A DNA stretch of 64,000 nt from an uncultured Hyphomicrobiales bacterium (GCA_964608275.1 CAZSNL010000004.1:8265-72264), one strand, 5' to 3'. Positions 1 to 9,123 are shown, counted from the stretch's first letter. Numbers and translations: made by a program. Notes: generated by a model from the letters alone, not told the origin.

Positions 1-11
1 GCAACCGGCGA

Positions 12-260
12 ATGTCGGATTTGACGGAGCATGTCGACGTGGCGGCAAACGCGCGCGGCGGGACAACGACCCCGACGGGTGCGGGAGTGAGCCGGCGGAC
101 CTTCCTGGGTCGCGCCGGCTTTGTCGTCTTTGCCGGATCTGTTGCTGCGTCGGTTCCGGATGCGGCGTCCGGAAGCTCTGCGAGCGAGGCCTGTCCACCA
201 AGACCGGAATACCGCGAAAGCGGTCACGTACGCACCTACTACAGGCTCGCCCGCTACTGA
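12..260 (+). CDS. Small twin-arginine (Tat) signal protein of the formate-dehydrogenase-region TAT-target family
   Basis: 82-aa ORF with the Tat motif SRRTFL followed by a hydrophobic stretch. The C-terminal YRESGHVRTYY fits the family signature Y-[HRK]-x-[TS]-x-H-[IV]-x-x-[YF]-Y as I recall it. It lies directly upstream of the FDH alpha subunit. The start could be further downstream, and the left window edge limits the context. Confidence 0.75.
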   Translation: MSDLTEHVDVAANARGGTTTPTGAGVSRRTFLGRAGFVVFAGSVAASVPDAASGSSASEACPPRPEYRESGHVRTYYRLARY

Positions 261-391
261 ACGGTAGCGGCGTGCGCGTCGCCGCCCGGCCGCCATAGTT
301 CGATGTGAGGAGCGGCATGCTGAGGAAACGACGTGGTGGTGATCCTGTCGCAGGAGGCAGGCTTCGCGTTCCAGTCGATGGCACCGGATCG

Positions 392-3300
392 ATGGATCGC
401 CGGACCTTCCTCAAGCGATCCGGACTTGCTGTCGCCGCGGCGGGCACGGTGCTCGGATGCGGACCGGGAATGGTTCGGGCAGCGCCCAGACAGCGCGCGA
501 TGACAGGCGAAGTCGTGCGCCGCAAGACCATATGTCCGTTCTGCGCCGTCGGCTGTTCAATCTGGGCCGAGGTGGAAAACGGCGTCTGGGTCGGCCAGGA
601 GCCCGTGTTCGAAAGCCCGGTCAACATGGGTACCCACTGCGCCAAAGGGGCCGCGGCACGTGAACTTGCCATTGGCGAGCGCCGCCTGAAGTATCCGACC
701 AAGCTGGAGGGCGGCCAGTGGCGCCGCCTTTCCTGGGAGCAGGCCATCGACGAAATCGGCGATGCTCTCCTCGCCATCCGCGAGGAGGCAGGACCTGAAT
801 CCGTCTACTGGCTGGGCTCAGCCAAGTTCTCCAACGAAATGGCCTACCTCTGCCGCAAGTTCGCCGCGTTCTGGGGCACCAACAACGTCGACCACCAGGC
901 GCGGATCTGCCATTCGACCACCGTCTCCGGAGTCGCCAACATGTACGGCTACGGCGCCATGACCAACAGCTTCAATGACATCCACAATTCCAAATCCATA
1001 TTCCTGCTCGGCGGGAACCCGGCGGAGGCGCACCCGGTCTCGATGCTGCATCTGCTGCATGCCAAGGAGAACGGCGCGAAGTTCATCGTGGTCGACCCCC
1101 GGCTGACCAGGACCGCCGTTCACGCGCACGAGTTCGTTCGCATTCGTCCCGGGACTGATGTGGCGTTTCTCTGGGGTGTGCTGTGGCATGTCCTCGAGAA
1201 TGGTTGGGAGGACAAGGATTACATCGCGTCCCGCGTGTTCGGTTTCGACGAGGTGCGCGAGACGGTGAAGGACTATCCGCCCGACGTGGTGGCCAACATC
1301 ACCGGTGTCCCGGAAGAGCAGATCGAGAAAGTCGCGCGCATCCTGGCAGAAAACCGGCCCGGCACGCTCATCTGGTGCATGGGTCTGACCCAATCGCACA
1401 TCGGCTCGAGCAAGACCCGCGCTGCTTCGGTGTTCCAGCTCGCGCTGGGCAATATCGGCAAGTCGGGCGGCGGCGCCAACATCTTCCGCGGCCATGACAA
1501 TGTCCAGGGCGCAACCGACCTCGGCCTGATGTGCCACTCGCTGCCTGCCTACTACGGCCTTGCCGCGAACGCATGGCATCATTGGGCACGGGTGTGGGAC
1601 GTCGACTACGAATGGCTCAAGGGGCGGTTCTCCTCCCAGGAGCTGATGGAAAGCCAGGGCATTCCGGTTTCGCGTTGGTTCGACGGGGTTCTCGAGCCGG
1701 CGGAGAACCTGGACCAGCCCAACCCGGTACGGGCGATGGTATTCTGGGGTCACGCTCCCAATTCGCAGACGCGAAATCCGGACCTGAGGAAGGGGATCAA
1801 CAAGCTCGACCTCCTGGTCGTCATCGACCCGGTGGCGACTCTGTCGTCCGTCCTCCACGACCGCCAGGACGGCGTGTACCTGCTGCCTGCAGGATCGACC
1901 ATGGAGTCCGCGGGTTCCGTCACGAATTCTCAGCGCGCCCTGCAGTGGCGCGAGAAGGTCGTCGAACCGATCTTCGAAGCGAAGAGCGACTACGAGATCA
2001 CCTACCTGCTGGCAAGCAAGCTCGGATTTGCGGAGGAACTTTTCCGGCACATCGCCGTGGAGGATGGTGTTCCCTCGGCCGAGGATATCACCCGCGAGTT
2101 CAACCGTGGCTGCTGGACGATCGGTTATACCGGACAGAGTCCCGAGCGCCTGAAGCTCCATATGGAGCATCAGGACAAGTTTGACACCACCACGTCGATC
2201 GGACTGAGCGGTCCTGTAGAAGGCGAGTACTACGGGCTTCCCTGGCCGTGCTGGGGGCCGCCGGAGATGAAGCATCCGGGCACGCCTCTCCTGTACGACC
2301 TGAGCAAGCCGGTCGCCGAGGGCGGGCTGCCGTTCCGGGCGCGCTGGGGGGTCGAATACGAGGGCCGAAACCTGCTGGCCGAAGGTACCTACACGGAAGG
2401 ATCGGAGCTCACCGACGGTTATCCGGAATTCACGTATGCCGTGCTCGAAAAACTCGGCTGGTCGCGAGACCTGAGCTCCCGGGAACAACTGGTGATCGCC
2501 GCCGTGGCTGCTGACGCGTACGAGCCGGCAATGCTGTCAATGAGCGATACTGAAGCGAAGGAACGCTTGCGCCAGATCCTCAGGAAGCATGCACCGGACG
2601 CGCAGGAAGCTGCCCGGGTCATGCAAGGAACCGACGAGCCAACCGGTACGATACCGCAGACGGGGCAGGCGGGTGAGGCGGCGCGCACCTACATGAGCCT
2701 GACCCCCTCGGATGAGGCGCGGGAAGAAGAGGCGGACAGGTCGGCTCCGCAGTCGCAGGACGGCGCCAGTCAAGGTGCCGATACCCCGGCGGGCAACGGC
2801 AACGCTCCTGCGCAGCAGTCCTCGTCATCGCGAGATCACCAGCCCGTCCCGCAGGACGAGGGACTCGGCCAGGCAGATTTCGGCGGTCACGGCGAACAGA
2901 CGGGCGCCTCACCGCAGCCGAACGAGAGCTTCACCGAAAGACTTTTGAAGGTTAACTGGAAGACCGACCTTACCGGCGCCATCCAGCGAGTTGCGATCGC
3001 ACATGGCTGCGCGCCGTTCGGCAACGGCAAGGCCAGGTGCCTGGTCTGGAACTTTCCAGATGGCGTTCCGGTACACCGAGAGCCGTTGTACACGGTCAGA
3101 CGCGACCTCATCCCGCAGTACCGCACCTACGACGATCGTCGGGATTATCGCCTGCCGGTGCTCTACTGGTCGATCCAGCAGCAGGATCACTCACAAGACT
3201 TTCCGATGATCCTCACCACCGGCCGGCTGGTGGAATACGAGGGCGGCGGCGACGAGACGAGATGCAATATCTGGCTGGCGGAGTTCCAGCAGGAAATGTT

Positions 3301-3613
3301 CGCCGAAATCAACCCGGCCGATGCCGACGAGCGCGGAATCACGCCCGGTGGGTTGCTGTGGCTCACGACACCCGAGGGTGCGCGGGTCCGGGTCGCCGCC
3401 CATGTCACCAATCGGGTGGGCCCCGGCACGGTGTTCATGCCGTTCCACTTCGGCGGCATCTTCCAGGGTGAAGATCTCTCTTCGAAATATCCCGAGGGCA
3501 CGGTCCCGTACGTTGTCGGCGAGGCTGCCAATACATCGACGACCTACGGCTACGACATCATCACCTTCATGCAGGAATCGAAGGCGACGATCTGCAGGAT
3601 CGAGCCCGCCTAG
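392..3613 (+). CDS. fdhA: Formate dehydrogenase catalytic (alpha) subunit, periplasmic molybdopterin oxidoreductase, Cys-type
   Basis: ORF 305..3613. I chose the ATG at 392 because it gives the Tat leader MDRRTFLKRSGLAVAAAG; GTG 305 and ATG 317 are alternatives. It has the 4Fe-4S motif CPFCAVGC. In HQARICHSTTV the position that is Sec in FdnG-type enzymes is TGC Cys at 908-910. It has a C-terminal molybdopterin dinucleotide-binding region (TTGRLVEYEGGG, FMPFHFGG). It contains a low-complexity insert at about 2587-2940. Confidence 0.9.
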   Translation: MDRRTFLKRSGLAVAAAGTVLGCGPGMVRAAPRQRAMTGEVVRRKTICPFCAVGCSIWAEVENGVWVGQEPVFESPVNMGTHCAKGAAARELAIGERRLKYPTKLEGGQWRRLSWEQAIDEIGDALLAIREEAGPESVYWLGSAKFSNEMAYLCRKFAAFWGTNNVDHQARICHSTTVSGVANMYGYGAMTNSFNDIHNSKSIFLLGGNPAEAHPVSMLHLLHAKENGAKFIVVDPRLTRTAVHAHEFVRIRPGTDVAFLWGVLWHVLENGWEDKDYIASRVFGFDEVRETVKDYPPDVVANITGVPEEQIEKVARILAENRPGTLIWCMGLTQSHIGSSKTRAASVFQLALGNIGKSGGGANIFRGHDNVQGATDLGLMCHSLPAYYGLAANAWHHWARVWDVDYEWLKGRFSSQELMESQGIPVSRWFDGVLEPAENLDQPNPVRAMVFWGHAPNSQTRNPDLRKGINKLDLLVVIDPVATLSSVLHDRQDGVYLLPAGSTMESAGSVTNSQRALQWREKVVEPIFEAKSDYEITYLLASKLGFAEELFRHIAVEDGVPSAEDITREFNRGCWTIGYTGQSPERLKLHMEHQDKFDTTTSIGLSGPVEGEYYGLPWPCWGPPEMKHPGTPLLYDLSKPVAEGGLPFRARWGVEYEGRNLLAEGTYTEGSELTDGYPEFTYAVLEKLGWSRDLSSREQLVIAAVAADAYEPAMLSMSDTEAKERLRQILRKHAPDAQEAARVMQGTDEPTGTIPQTGQAGEAARTYMSLTPSDEAREEEADRSAPQSQDGASQGADTPAGNGNAPAQQSSSSRDHQPVPQDEGLGQADFGGHGEQTGASPQPNESFTERLLKVNWKTDLTGAIQRVAIAHGCAPFGNGKARCLVWNFPDGVPVHREPLYTVRRDLIPQYRTYDDRRDYRLPVLYWSIQQQDHSQDFPMILTTGRLVEYEGGGDETRCNIWLAEFQQEMFAEINPADADERGITPGGLLWLTTPEGARVRVAAHVTNRVGPGTVFMPFHFGGIFQGEDLSSKYPEGTVPYVVGEAANTSTTYGYDIITFMQESKATICRIEPA

Positions 3614-3625
3614 GAGGTGATCAGC

Positions 3626-4228
3626 ATGGCACGTATGAAGTTTCTCTGCGACGCCGACCGCTGCATTGAGTGCAATGCCTGCTCGGTGGCGTGCAAGAAC
3701 GAGCACGAGGTGCCATGGGGAATGGTGCGCCGTCGGGTCGTCACCATCAATGACGGCGAGCCGGATGAGAAGTCGATCACCGTTTCATGCATGCACTGTA
3801 CCGATGCTCCGTGCATTGCAGTGTGTCCGGTGGACTGCATCTATCAGACCGATATTGGAATCGTCCTGCACGACAAGGACACCTGCATCGGCTGCGGATA
3901 CTGCTTCTATGCCTGTCCGTTCGGAGCACCTCAGTACCCGCAAGCAACAAACTTCGGCAGTCGTGGAAAAATGGACAAGTGCACCTTCTGCGCTGGCGGA
4001 CCGGAGGAGAGCGGTTCCGATGCCGAGGTGCAGAAGTACGGCCGCAACCGGATTGCGGAAGGCAAGCTGCCGCTGTGCGCTGAAGTGTGCTCGACGCGCT
4101 CGCTCCTCGCCGGTGACGGCGAGATGATCGCCGACATCTATCGCGAACGGGTCTCGCGCCGCGGCTACGGGACGGGCGCGTGGGGTTGGGACACCGCCTA
4201 CTACGCCCCGGATGCAATCGAGAGCTGA
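3626..4228 (+). CDS. fdhB: Formate dehydrogenase iron-sulfur (beta) subunit, 4Fe-4S ferredoxin type
   Basis: The ATG at 3626 lies 8 nt after AGGAGG (3612-3617). Cys clusters are CIECNACSVAC, CMHCTDAPC, CIGCGYCFYACP and CTFC...CAEVC. The protein is about 200 aa with no C-terminal TM anchor, like the Wolinella/Campylobacter FdhB layout. Confidence 0.9.
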   Translation: MARMKFLCDADRCIECNACSVACKNEHEVPWGMVRRRVVTINDGEPDEKSITVSCMHCTDAPCIAVCPVDCIYQTDIGIVLHDKDTCIGCGYCFYACPFGAPQYPQATNFGSRGKMDKCTFCAGGPEESGSDAEVQKYGRNRIAEGKLPLCAEVCSTRSLLAGDGEMIADIYRERVSRRGYGTGAWGWDTAYYAPDAIES

Positions 4229-4242
4229 GGAACCGGTACGCC

Positions 4243-5472
4243 ATGTCAGCAGCACGGATTGCAGGAGCAGTTGTTGCCGCGGTGTCGCTGGCGCTTCTCG
4301 TGTGGGTGGCCGTGCTTACGTTCGGACCCGCAGAACTGGTCACGCCCGAGACCCGTATCGTGCCAGCGACAGATGCGGGCGGCACCGGCCAGACCTCGGC
4401 AATGGACCTGCTGCGCCAGCGCAACGAACAGCAGATGTGGCGCGGCGAAAGACAGACCGACGATAGTCCGGACGCCAGGGATGTCGGCCAGCCGCCGCGG
4501 ATGGTCCTCGACGAGAGCGCCGGAGTCGACGATCCGCGCGGGATCACCGAAACATGGCTCGGCCAGCGTGACCAGTTCGCCGATATCCTGCCCGAAGGTG
4601 GCCGTATCGAGGGATTGACGACCGTACCCTACGCACAAATGAACACCTTCGTTCAACCGGAGGGCAGGCAATGGCGGCGGACCCATAACGACGACGTCCG
4701 CTACGGCGGTGGCTGGATTCTGTTCGGCATCGTGCTGGTGCTCGCGCTGTTTCTTGCCGCTCAGGGGCGCATCCCGCTGGTCCACGGGTTCAGCGGCCGC
4801 ACGATCGAGCGTTTCAACACGCTGGAACGCGCGAATCACTGGATGACCGCAAGTTCCTTCATCGTAATGGGGATAACGGGGCTGATCATACTCTACGGCA
4901 AGCCGTTGCTGCTGCCGCTGATCGGCGAAGCAGCATTCGGGGACGTCGCGTGGTGGAGCGCCTGGTTGCACATGGCGCTCGCCATTCCGTTCGTGCTCGG
5001 CGTTGCAGTGATGATCGCGCTGTGGCTCGTCGACAACCTGCCGGACAGATACGACTGGCCGTGGATCAGGCAGTTCGGCGGCTTCATGCGCGACAGTGCG
5101 GAGCACCCGCCGGCCGGCCGCTTCAACGCCGGCCAGAAACTTGTCTTCTGGTCCGTGGTCGTCGGCGGGCTTGCCCTGGCTGCCACCGGGGTTGCCATGA
5201 TGTTCCCGTTCTACTGGCTTGGCTATGACGGCATGCAATGGATGCAACTTGCCCACGCCGGCATTGCCCTCCTCATGGTGGCGCTGATATTCGGCCATGT
5301 CTACATCGGTACGATCGGAATGGAGGGGGCCTTCGACGCGATGTGGTCTGGTCACGTGGACCGGAACTGGCTCAAGGAGCATCACAGCGTCTGGTACCGG
5401 GAGATCGAGAGCGGAACGGCTTCCGCCGCCGACGCCGATCAGCATGCGCCGGGTCAGCAGCCGGCGGAATAG
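4243..5472 (+). CDS. fdhC: Formate dehydrogenase cytochrome b (gamma) subunit with an extra N-terminal TM helix and a ~150-aa extension
   Basis: ORF 4180..5472; I chose the ATG at 4243 (MSAARIAGAVVAAVSLALLVW). The C-terminal ~220 aa has four hydrophobic helices with conserved His (RANHWM, WLHMAL, GHVYIG), typical of FdnI-type dihaem cytochrome b. The N-terminal ~170 aa is one TM helix plus a polar region. Confidence 0.8.
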   Translation: MSAARIAGAVVAAVSLALLVWVAVLTFGPAELVTPETRIVPATDAGGTGQTSAMDLLRQRNEQQMWRGERQTDDSPDARDVGQPPRMVLDESAGVDDPRGITETWLGQRDQFADILPEGGRIEGLTTVPYAQMNTFVQPEGRQWRRTHNDDVRYGGGWILFGIVLVLALFLAAQGRIPLVHGFSGRTIERFNTLERANHWMTASSFIVMGITGLIILYGKPLLLPLIGEAAFGDVAWWSAWLHMALAIPFVLGVAVMIALWLVDNLPDRYDWPWIRQFGGFMRDSAEHPPAGRFNAGQKLVFWSVVVGGLALAATGVAMMFPFYWLGYDGMQWMQLAHAGIALLMVALIFGHVYIGTIGMEGAFDAMWSGHVDRNWLKEHHSVWYREIESGTASAADADQHAPGQQPAE

Positions 5473-5485
5473 GGAGGGGTCGCGA

Positions 5486-5686
5486 ATGTTGGCGTTCTTC
5501 TCGGGACTGGCGGTCGCACTGGTTCTCCTCGCTGGCTCGCTGTTCCTGTTCCAGACTTTCTCCGTGACGGTGGCCGAACGGTCGTCGCCGCATGATTGGG
5601 TGCGGATCTCGGACGAGGAACTGAGGACCGCCTATCGGGGACCTGAGTCGGAGGGGGAGGCGTCGCAGGCTTCCGCCGATACGTGA
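5486..5686 (+). CDS. Small single-pass membrane protein (66 aa), unknown function
   Basis: The ATG at 5486 follows GGGAGGGG (5472-5479), 14 nt after the fdhC stop. It encodes MLAFFSGLAVALVLLAGSLFLFQ (one TM helix) and then an acidic tail. The upstream part of ORF 5297..5686 overlaps fdhC and is Arg/Ser-rich. Confidence 0.4.
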   Translation: MLAFFSGLAVALVLLAGSLFLFQTFSVTVAERSSPHDWVRISDEELRTAYRGPESEGEASQASADT

Positions 5687-5888
5687 GGCAGAAGGGAGGC
5701 GCGGGGGGCGAGCTGCGTCTTCCTCATGACAACCAAACCGGACCGCCAGCAAGCTGCGGTTCGTCGCTGATCGAGCCACTCCGAATCCAATCGAGACTGT
5801 CACTGTTGCCGTGCGAAGGAACGGTGCATGATCACGATCAGGCGGGCATCTGCGAAAGCGGGCCCGTGCGTGTGATGGATGGAAGCGG

Positions 5889-6899
5889 ATGCTGAGATCG
5901 CTGTTCGGCCGCAGGCTTCTGCCGACGACCGACCTCTACTTCATGCATCATCTGCGCGACCGGGTGGCGCCTGCCCTGGCGTTGCCGCGGACACGCCGGC
6001 GATGCCCGGTTCGCGTGTTTGCGCCGAACGTGTTCGTCTGCGGTCGGCGCGCCGTTGTCATCCGTTATGCAAGACCAAAGGACATCATACGGCTGGAAAG
6101 GCTGCGGCCTGAGAGGGTATTCTATCTCGTCGACGACAATTTCAAGGAACTCGCAGAGGCACCGGGTCTGCCGGAGGACTACCGGCGACGCCTTCAGGTG
6201 TTCGCGCGCGACATGCTGCCCCGCATCGAGGCTCTGGCCGATGTCATTGTCGCGCCGAACCGGTATCTCCTCGCCTCATACCCTCGGCACGAGCATGCGA
6301 TCCTGGAACCGGGTTATGTCCGTGTGCTGAGCGATGAGGTCCACTGGGAAGCGCCGTCGCACCTGAAGCTGGCATTCCTTGGCACGCGCAGCCATCTGGG
6401 CGATCTCGAGCAGATCGCACCGGCTCTAGCGGCAGTCGTCGAAAGAAATCCGAGCGTCACGCTGACGACCTATCTCGGCCCGCACGCACCCCGGGAACTC
6501 TCCGGCCGTGACCGCATCTTTCATCATAAGCCGCTGGGATGGGCGACGTTCAAGCGCGACGTGCTCCTCGGCGAATGCTTCCATATCGCGATTGCGCCAA
6601 TGCGGGCGACTCCGTTCAACCGGGGTCGCTCCTTCAACAAGGTACTCGACCATGCCGCGGTCGGTGCGGCCGGACTGTACAGCGCCGGACCTCCCGTGGC
6701 CGACGTTATCGAACACGGCAAGGACGGATTGCTGATCGGCGACGATCCCGACGCATGGCTCGGAGCACTCGAAGGCCTGCTGCATGATCATGCCCGCGCC
6801 CGGTCGCTGGCGGCGGAAGGCGCGAACCTGGCTCGCCGTATCGGCGATCCGCTGCGGGTCCGTCGATTCTGGGCGGAACGGTTGGGCTTTCCGCCCTGA
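5889..6899 (+). CDS. Putative glycosyltransferase (GT-B / GT1-like C-terminal half)
   Basis: 336-aa ORF. The C-terminal segment KVLDHAAVGAAGLYSAGPPVADVIEHGKDGLLIGDDPDAWLGALEGLL resembles the nucleotide-sugar-binding half of GT-B enzymes. It is convergent with kpsE. Confidence 0.4.
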   Translation: MLRSLFGRRLLPTTDLYFMHHLRDRVAPALALPRTRRRCPVRVFAPNVFVCGRRAVVIRYARPKDIIRLERLRPERVFYLVDDNFKELAEAPGLPEDYRRRLQVFARDMLPRIEALADVIVAPNRYLLASYPRHEHAILEPGYVRVLSDEVHWEAPSHLKLAFLGTRSHLGDLEQIAPALAAVVERNPSVTLTTYLGPHAPRELSGRDRIFHHKPLGWATFKRDVLLGECFHIAIAPMRATPFNRGRSFNKVLDHAAVGAAGLYSAGPPVADVIEHGKDGLLIGDDPDAWLGALEGLLHDHARARSLAAEGANLARRIGDPLRVRRFWAERLGFPP

Positions 6900-6932
6900 G
6901 AAGGGCCACTGGGGCCGAGTCGTGGTCCCCGG

Positions 6933-8081
6933 TCAGCGATGTTCGATGATGATCGAATAGATCAGTGAAGCAATACCGAACAGGATCAGGCACACGATGA
7001 TCGTCGTTCCGATGATGTAGATACGATCGGGAAATTCCGACGTATCGGCAAGCGTGGGCTGGCTGACGACGACCAGAAACTTCAGCTGGCGTGCGGCCTC
7101 GATCCGCGACTGTTCCAGCGCGTTCAAGGTCGATGTGTAGCTGTTCGTATTGAATTCCAGATCGAGCTGAATTCCGCGATAGACCGCATCAAGCATGCTG
7201 AGGGCTTCCTGTTGCCCGCCGGCCAAGCGTGTCTTCTCGCTGTCGATCTGCCTCTTGAGGGCTTCAATCTCCGTCTGCAATGCCACGATCTGCGGGGAAT
7301 TCACCGTCAGGAAGGTGAGCTTGCCCTTCAGCTCGGATTGCTTCTTCGCCAATTCCGATTCCAGCGTGCCGATGGTTGCCAGGATCGTCTGTTGCTCCGA
7401 TTCCGTGCTGATGATCCTGTGCTTGGTCTGGAACTCGACGAGGGCGTTCTTCGATGCCCGCAGCTTTGCCTCGGCGCGCTCCAGTTCGCCTTCGAAAAAG
7501 CGCATCTGCGACCGCGTGATCTTGTCATTGAGGGCGTCGACAAAGACCTCGGCACGTTCAAGGATTGTCTGCAAGACGCGGTTCGCGTAGCCGCGATCGA
7601 AGGCCTGGACGGCGAAATGGAGGATCTGGGCTTCGGTGTCGAACTCGACTGTCACGTACTTGAGATAATACGCGTGAAAGTCCTCCAACGACGCATCAGG
7701 ATCAAGCCGCGAAAGAAAATCGATATCGGGCGACGAATAGTGCTCCTTCAGGGCGAGTTCGTCCTCGAGATATTGCAGCATGTCCTTCGACAGGACGAAT
7801 TCGCGGACAACAAGAGAGTCCTTGGTCGATCCAGATGAAGGCAGCCCGAGGAGGGACAGGTCTATGGATTGCCCCGACGGCTTTTCTTCGGTGACGATTA
7901 TTGTAGCCGTACTCTGATAGCGATCGGTCGAGAACAGGGCCTGGTACAGCGTCACCAGTACGACAGGTACCACGAACAGGAGTATGAACAGTGCGGTCCG
8001 GGGCCGGATTTCAATGTCCCTGAGCCAGCCGCGGGGGTCGGGACCGGCAAGCGCCGCGCGTTGAGGGACCTGGAGCATCAC
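6933..8081 (-). CDS. kpsE: Capsule polysaccharide export inner-membrane protein, KpsE/CtrB (PCP-3) family
   Basis: 382 aa. It has an N-terminal TM helix (TALFILLFVVPVVLVTLYQALF) followed by STDRYQSTATIIV, a long coiled-coil middle and a C-terminal TM helix. Its start overlaps the kpsT stop by 4 nt. Confidence 0.75.
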   Translation of the reverse strand: MMLQVPQRAALAGPDPRGWLRDIEIRPRTALFILLFVVPVVLVTLYQALFSTDRYQSTATIIVTEEKPSGQSIDLSLLGLPSSGSTKDSLVVREFVLSKDMLQYLEDELALKEHYSSPDIDFLSRLDPDASLEDFHAYYLKYVTVEFDTEAQILHFAVQAFDRGYANRVLQTILERAEVFVDALNDKITRSQMRFFEGELERAEAKLRASKNALVEFQTKHRIISTESEQQTILATIGTLESELAKKQSELKGKLTFLTVNSPQIVALQTEIEALKRQIDSEKTRLAGGQQEALSMLDAVYRGIQLDLEFNTNSYTSTLNALEQSRIEAARQLKFLVVVSQPTLADTSEFPDRIYIIGTTIIVCLILFGIASLIYSIIIEHR

Positions 8082-8842
8082 CGCATTCCCGCGGACTGTC
8101 GGCCGCCACCGCGAGATCGGACCGGAAGGCTCTCCCCGGCGGCTCGCCGCTGCCGTTTGCGGTCCTGTCGTTGACGCTCGCCACGAATTACAGCGCGATA
8201 GGTGTCCAGTCCCTCGTCAACATCGTCAAAGTAGTACAGCTTGCCTCTTTCCAGCATGATTACCGCGTCGCACTCTTCGCGGACTTCCTGCGTGTTGTGT
8301 GTCACCTTGATGAAGTTCGCACTATCGCGCTTTTCGCGGAACAGAGACCGGGCCTTTTCCTTGAAGCTTTCGTCGCCGACCGCCGTAAGTTCGTCAATGA
8401 TGTAGCAGTCGAAGTCGAAGATCATGCTCGTGGCGAACTTCAGGCGGCTGCGCATACCGGAAGAATACGTATGAACCGGCATTTCGAAGTACTTGCCGAG
8501 CTCGGTAAACTCCTCGACGAACCGGAGTTTCTCGGGGATCTCTGCCGGGGGAGTTCCCATGATCCGGCAGACGAACAGGGTGCTCTCGCGCCCGGTCATG
8601 GTCTTGCTGATTCCGCCGGCAAGGCCGAGCGGCCATGACATGCGGTAGGTCGTGCTGATGTGGCCCGAATTCGGCAGGTCGACACCCGCCAGGAGACGCA
8701 TCAGCGTCGACTTTCCGGCACCATTGCGCCCCACGACCGCAACGTTGACGCCGGTGGGAATTTCCAGGCTGGCGTCATGCAGGACGTAATGCAACCCACG
8801 CTTGGTGGGGTAGTACTTGTAGACGTTCTGAAGCCGGATCAT
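8078..8842 (-). CDS. kpsT: Capsule polysaccharide ABC exporter ATP-binding protein KpsT
   Basis: It has Walker A GRNGAGKST, signature YSSGMRSRL and Walker B CYIIDE. MIRLQNVYKYYPT is a typical KpsT N-terminus. A basic ~35-aa C-terminal tail is present. Confidence 0.85.
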   Translation of the reverse strand: MIRLQNVYKYYPTKRGLHYVLHDASLEIPTGVNVAVVGRNGAGKSTLMRLLAGVDLPNSGHISTTYRMSWPLGLAGGISKTMTGRESTLFVCRIMGTPPAEIPEKLRFVEEFTELGKYFEMPVHTYSSGMRSRLKFATSMIFDFDCYIIDELTAVGDESFKEKARSLFREKRDSANFIKVTHNTQEVREECDAVIMLERGKLYYFDDVDEGLDTYRAVIRGERQRQDRKRQRRAAGESLPVRSRGGGRQSAGMR

Positions 8843-9123
8843 CCCGCAATCACACGCAAAGCCGCCACCCAGGCCGGCGCGTTGGTTGGCCTTGTGCCCC
8901 GGAACGGCGTCTGAAGCCGCAGCCAGCTCCGAGGGTCATCTCGCCACATCAAGGCCCGTTTCATCTGTTGTGGTGAATTTCCGTTGCAAACGCAAGCCTT
9001 CTCGCAACGGCGCCGGTCGCGGCCGCAGCGTGAGGACCGGTTGCACGCGGATGTTCCTTGGCGTACCAACGAATCCTCCGGACATGCATGCTGGAGGAAT
9101 GTGTCGGATTTGCGGAGCCAACC

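Noticed and set aside
305-391. N-terminal extensions proposed by the ORF track. Examples: fdhA from 305, fdhC from 4180, livG from 23189, dctQ from 34660, dctP from 36131, folB from 48811, cca from 53890 and the NUDIX gene from 63605.
   Set aside because: The extensions are Arg/Gly-rich, overlap upstream genes or precede obvious signal peptides. Internal starts with SD-like sequences or stop/start coupling give family-typical N-termini. Some track 'M' starts are actually TTG or GTG codons.
905-913. Possible selenocysteine recoding in the formate dehydrogenase.
   Set aside because: The codon at the Sec-equivalent position is TGC (Cys, 908-910). The frame has no internal TGA, so no SECIS element is needed.
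818-2488. Very long ORFs antisense to confident genes. Examples: 818..2488(-) in fdhA, 12085..13053(-), 19729..20862(+), 24212..26005(+), 38012..39496(+), 50034..52334(+) and 60063..61643(-).
   Set aside because: Their products are Arg/Pro/Gly/Asp-rich and low in complexity, with no motifs. They lie exactly opposite genes with strong family signatures. These are the classic shadow ORFs of ~65% GC DNA.
6908-6930. A GC-rich imperfect hairpin between the convergent GT-like gene and kpsE, considered as a bidirectional terminator.
   Set aside because: The stem has a mismatch after 4 bp, and there is no T-tract on either strand. The support is insufficient.
8981-9010. A 7-bp inverted repeat CCGTTGC…GCAACGG (16-nt spacer), plus a nearby TCCTCC…GGAGGA hairpin (about 9073-9097), in the kpsT/GT2 divergent region.
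   Set aside because: Both are short, imperfect and unsupported by a second copy. An out-of-frame ATG directly abutting the GGAGGA has no spacer, so it is not a plausible start.
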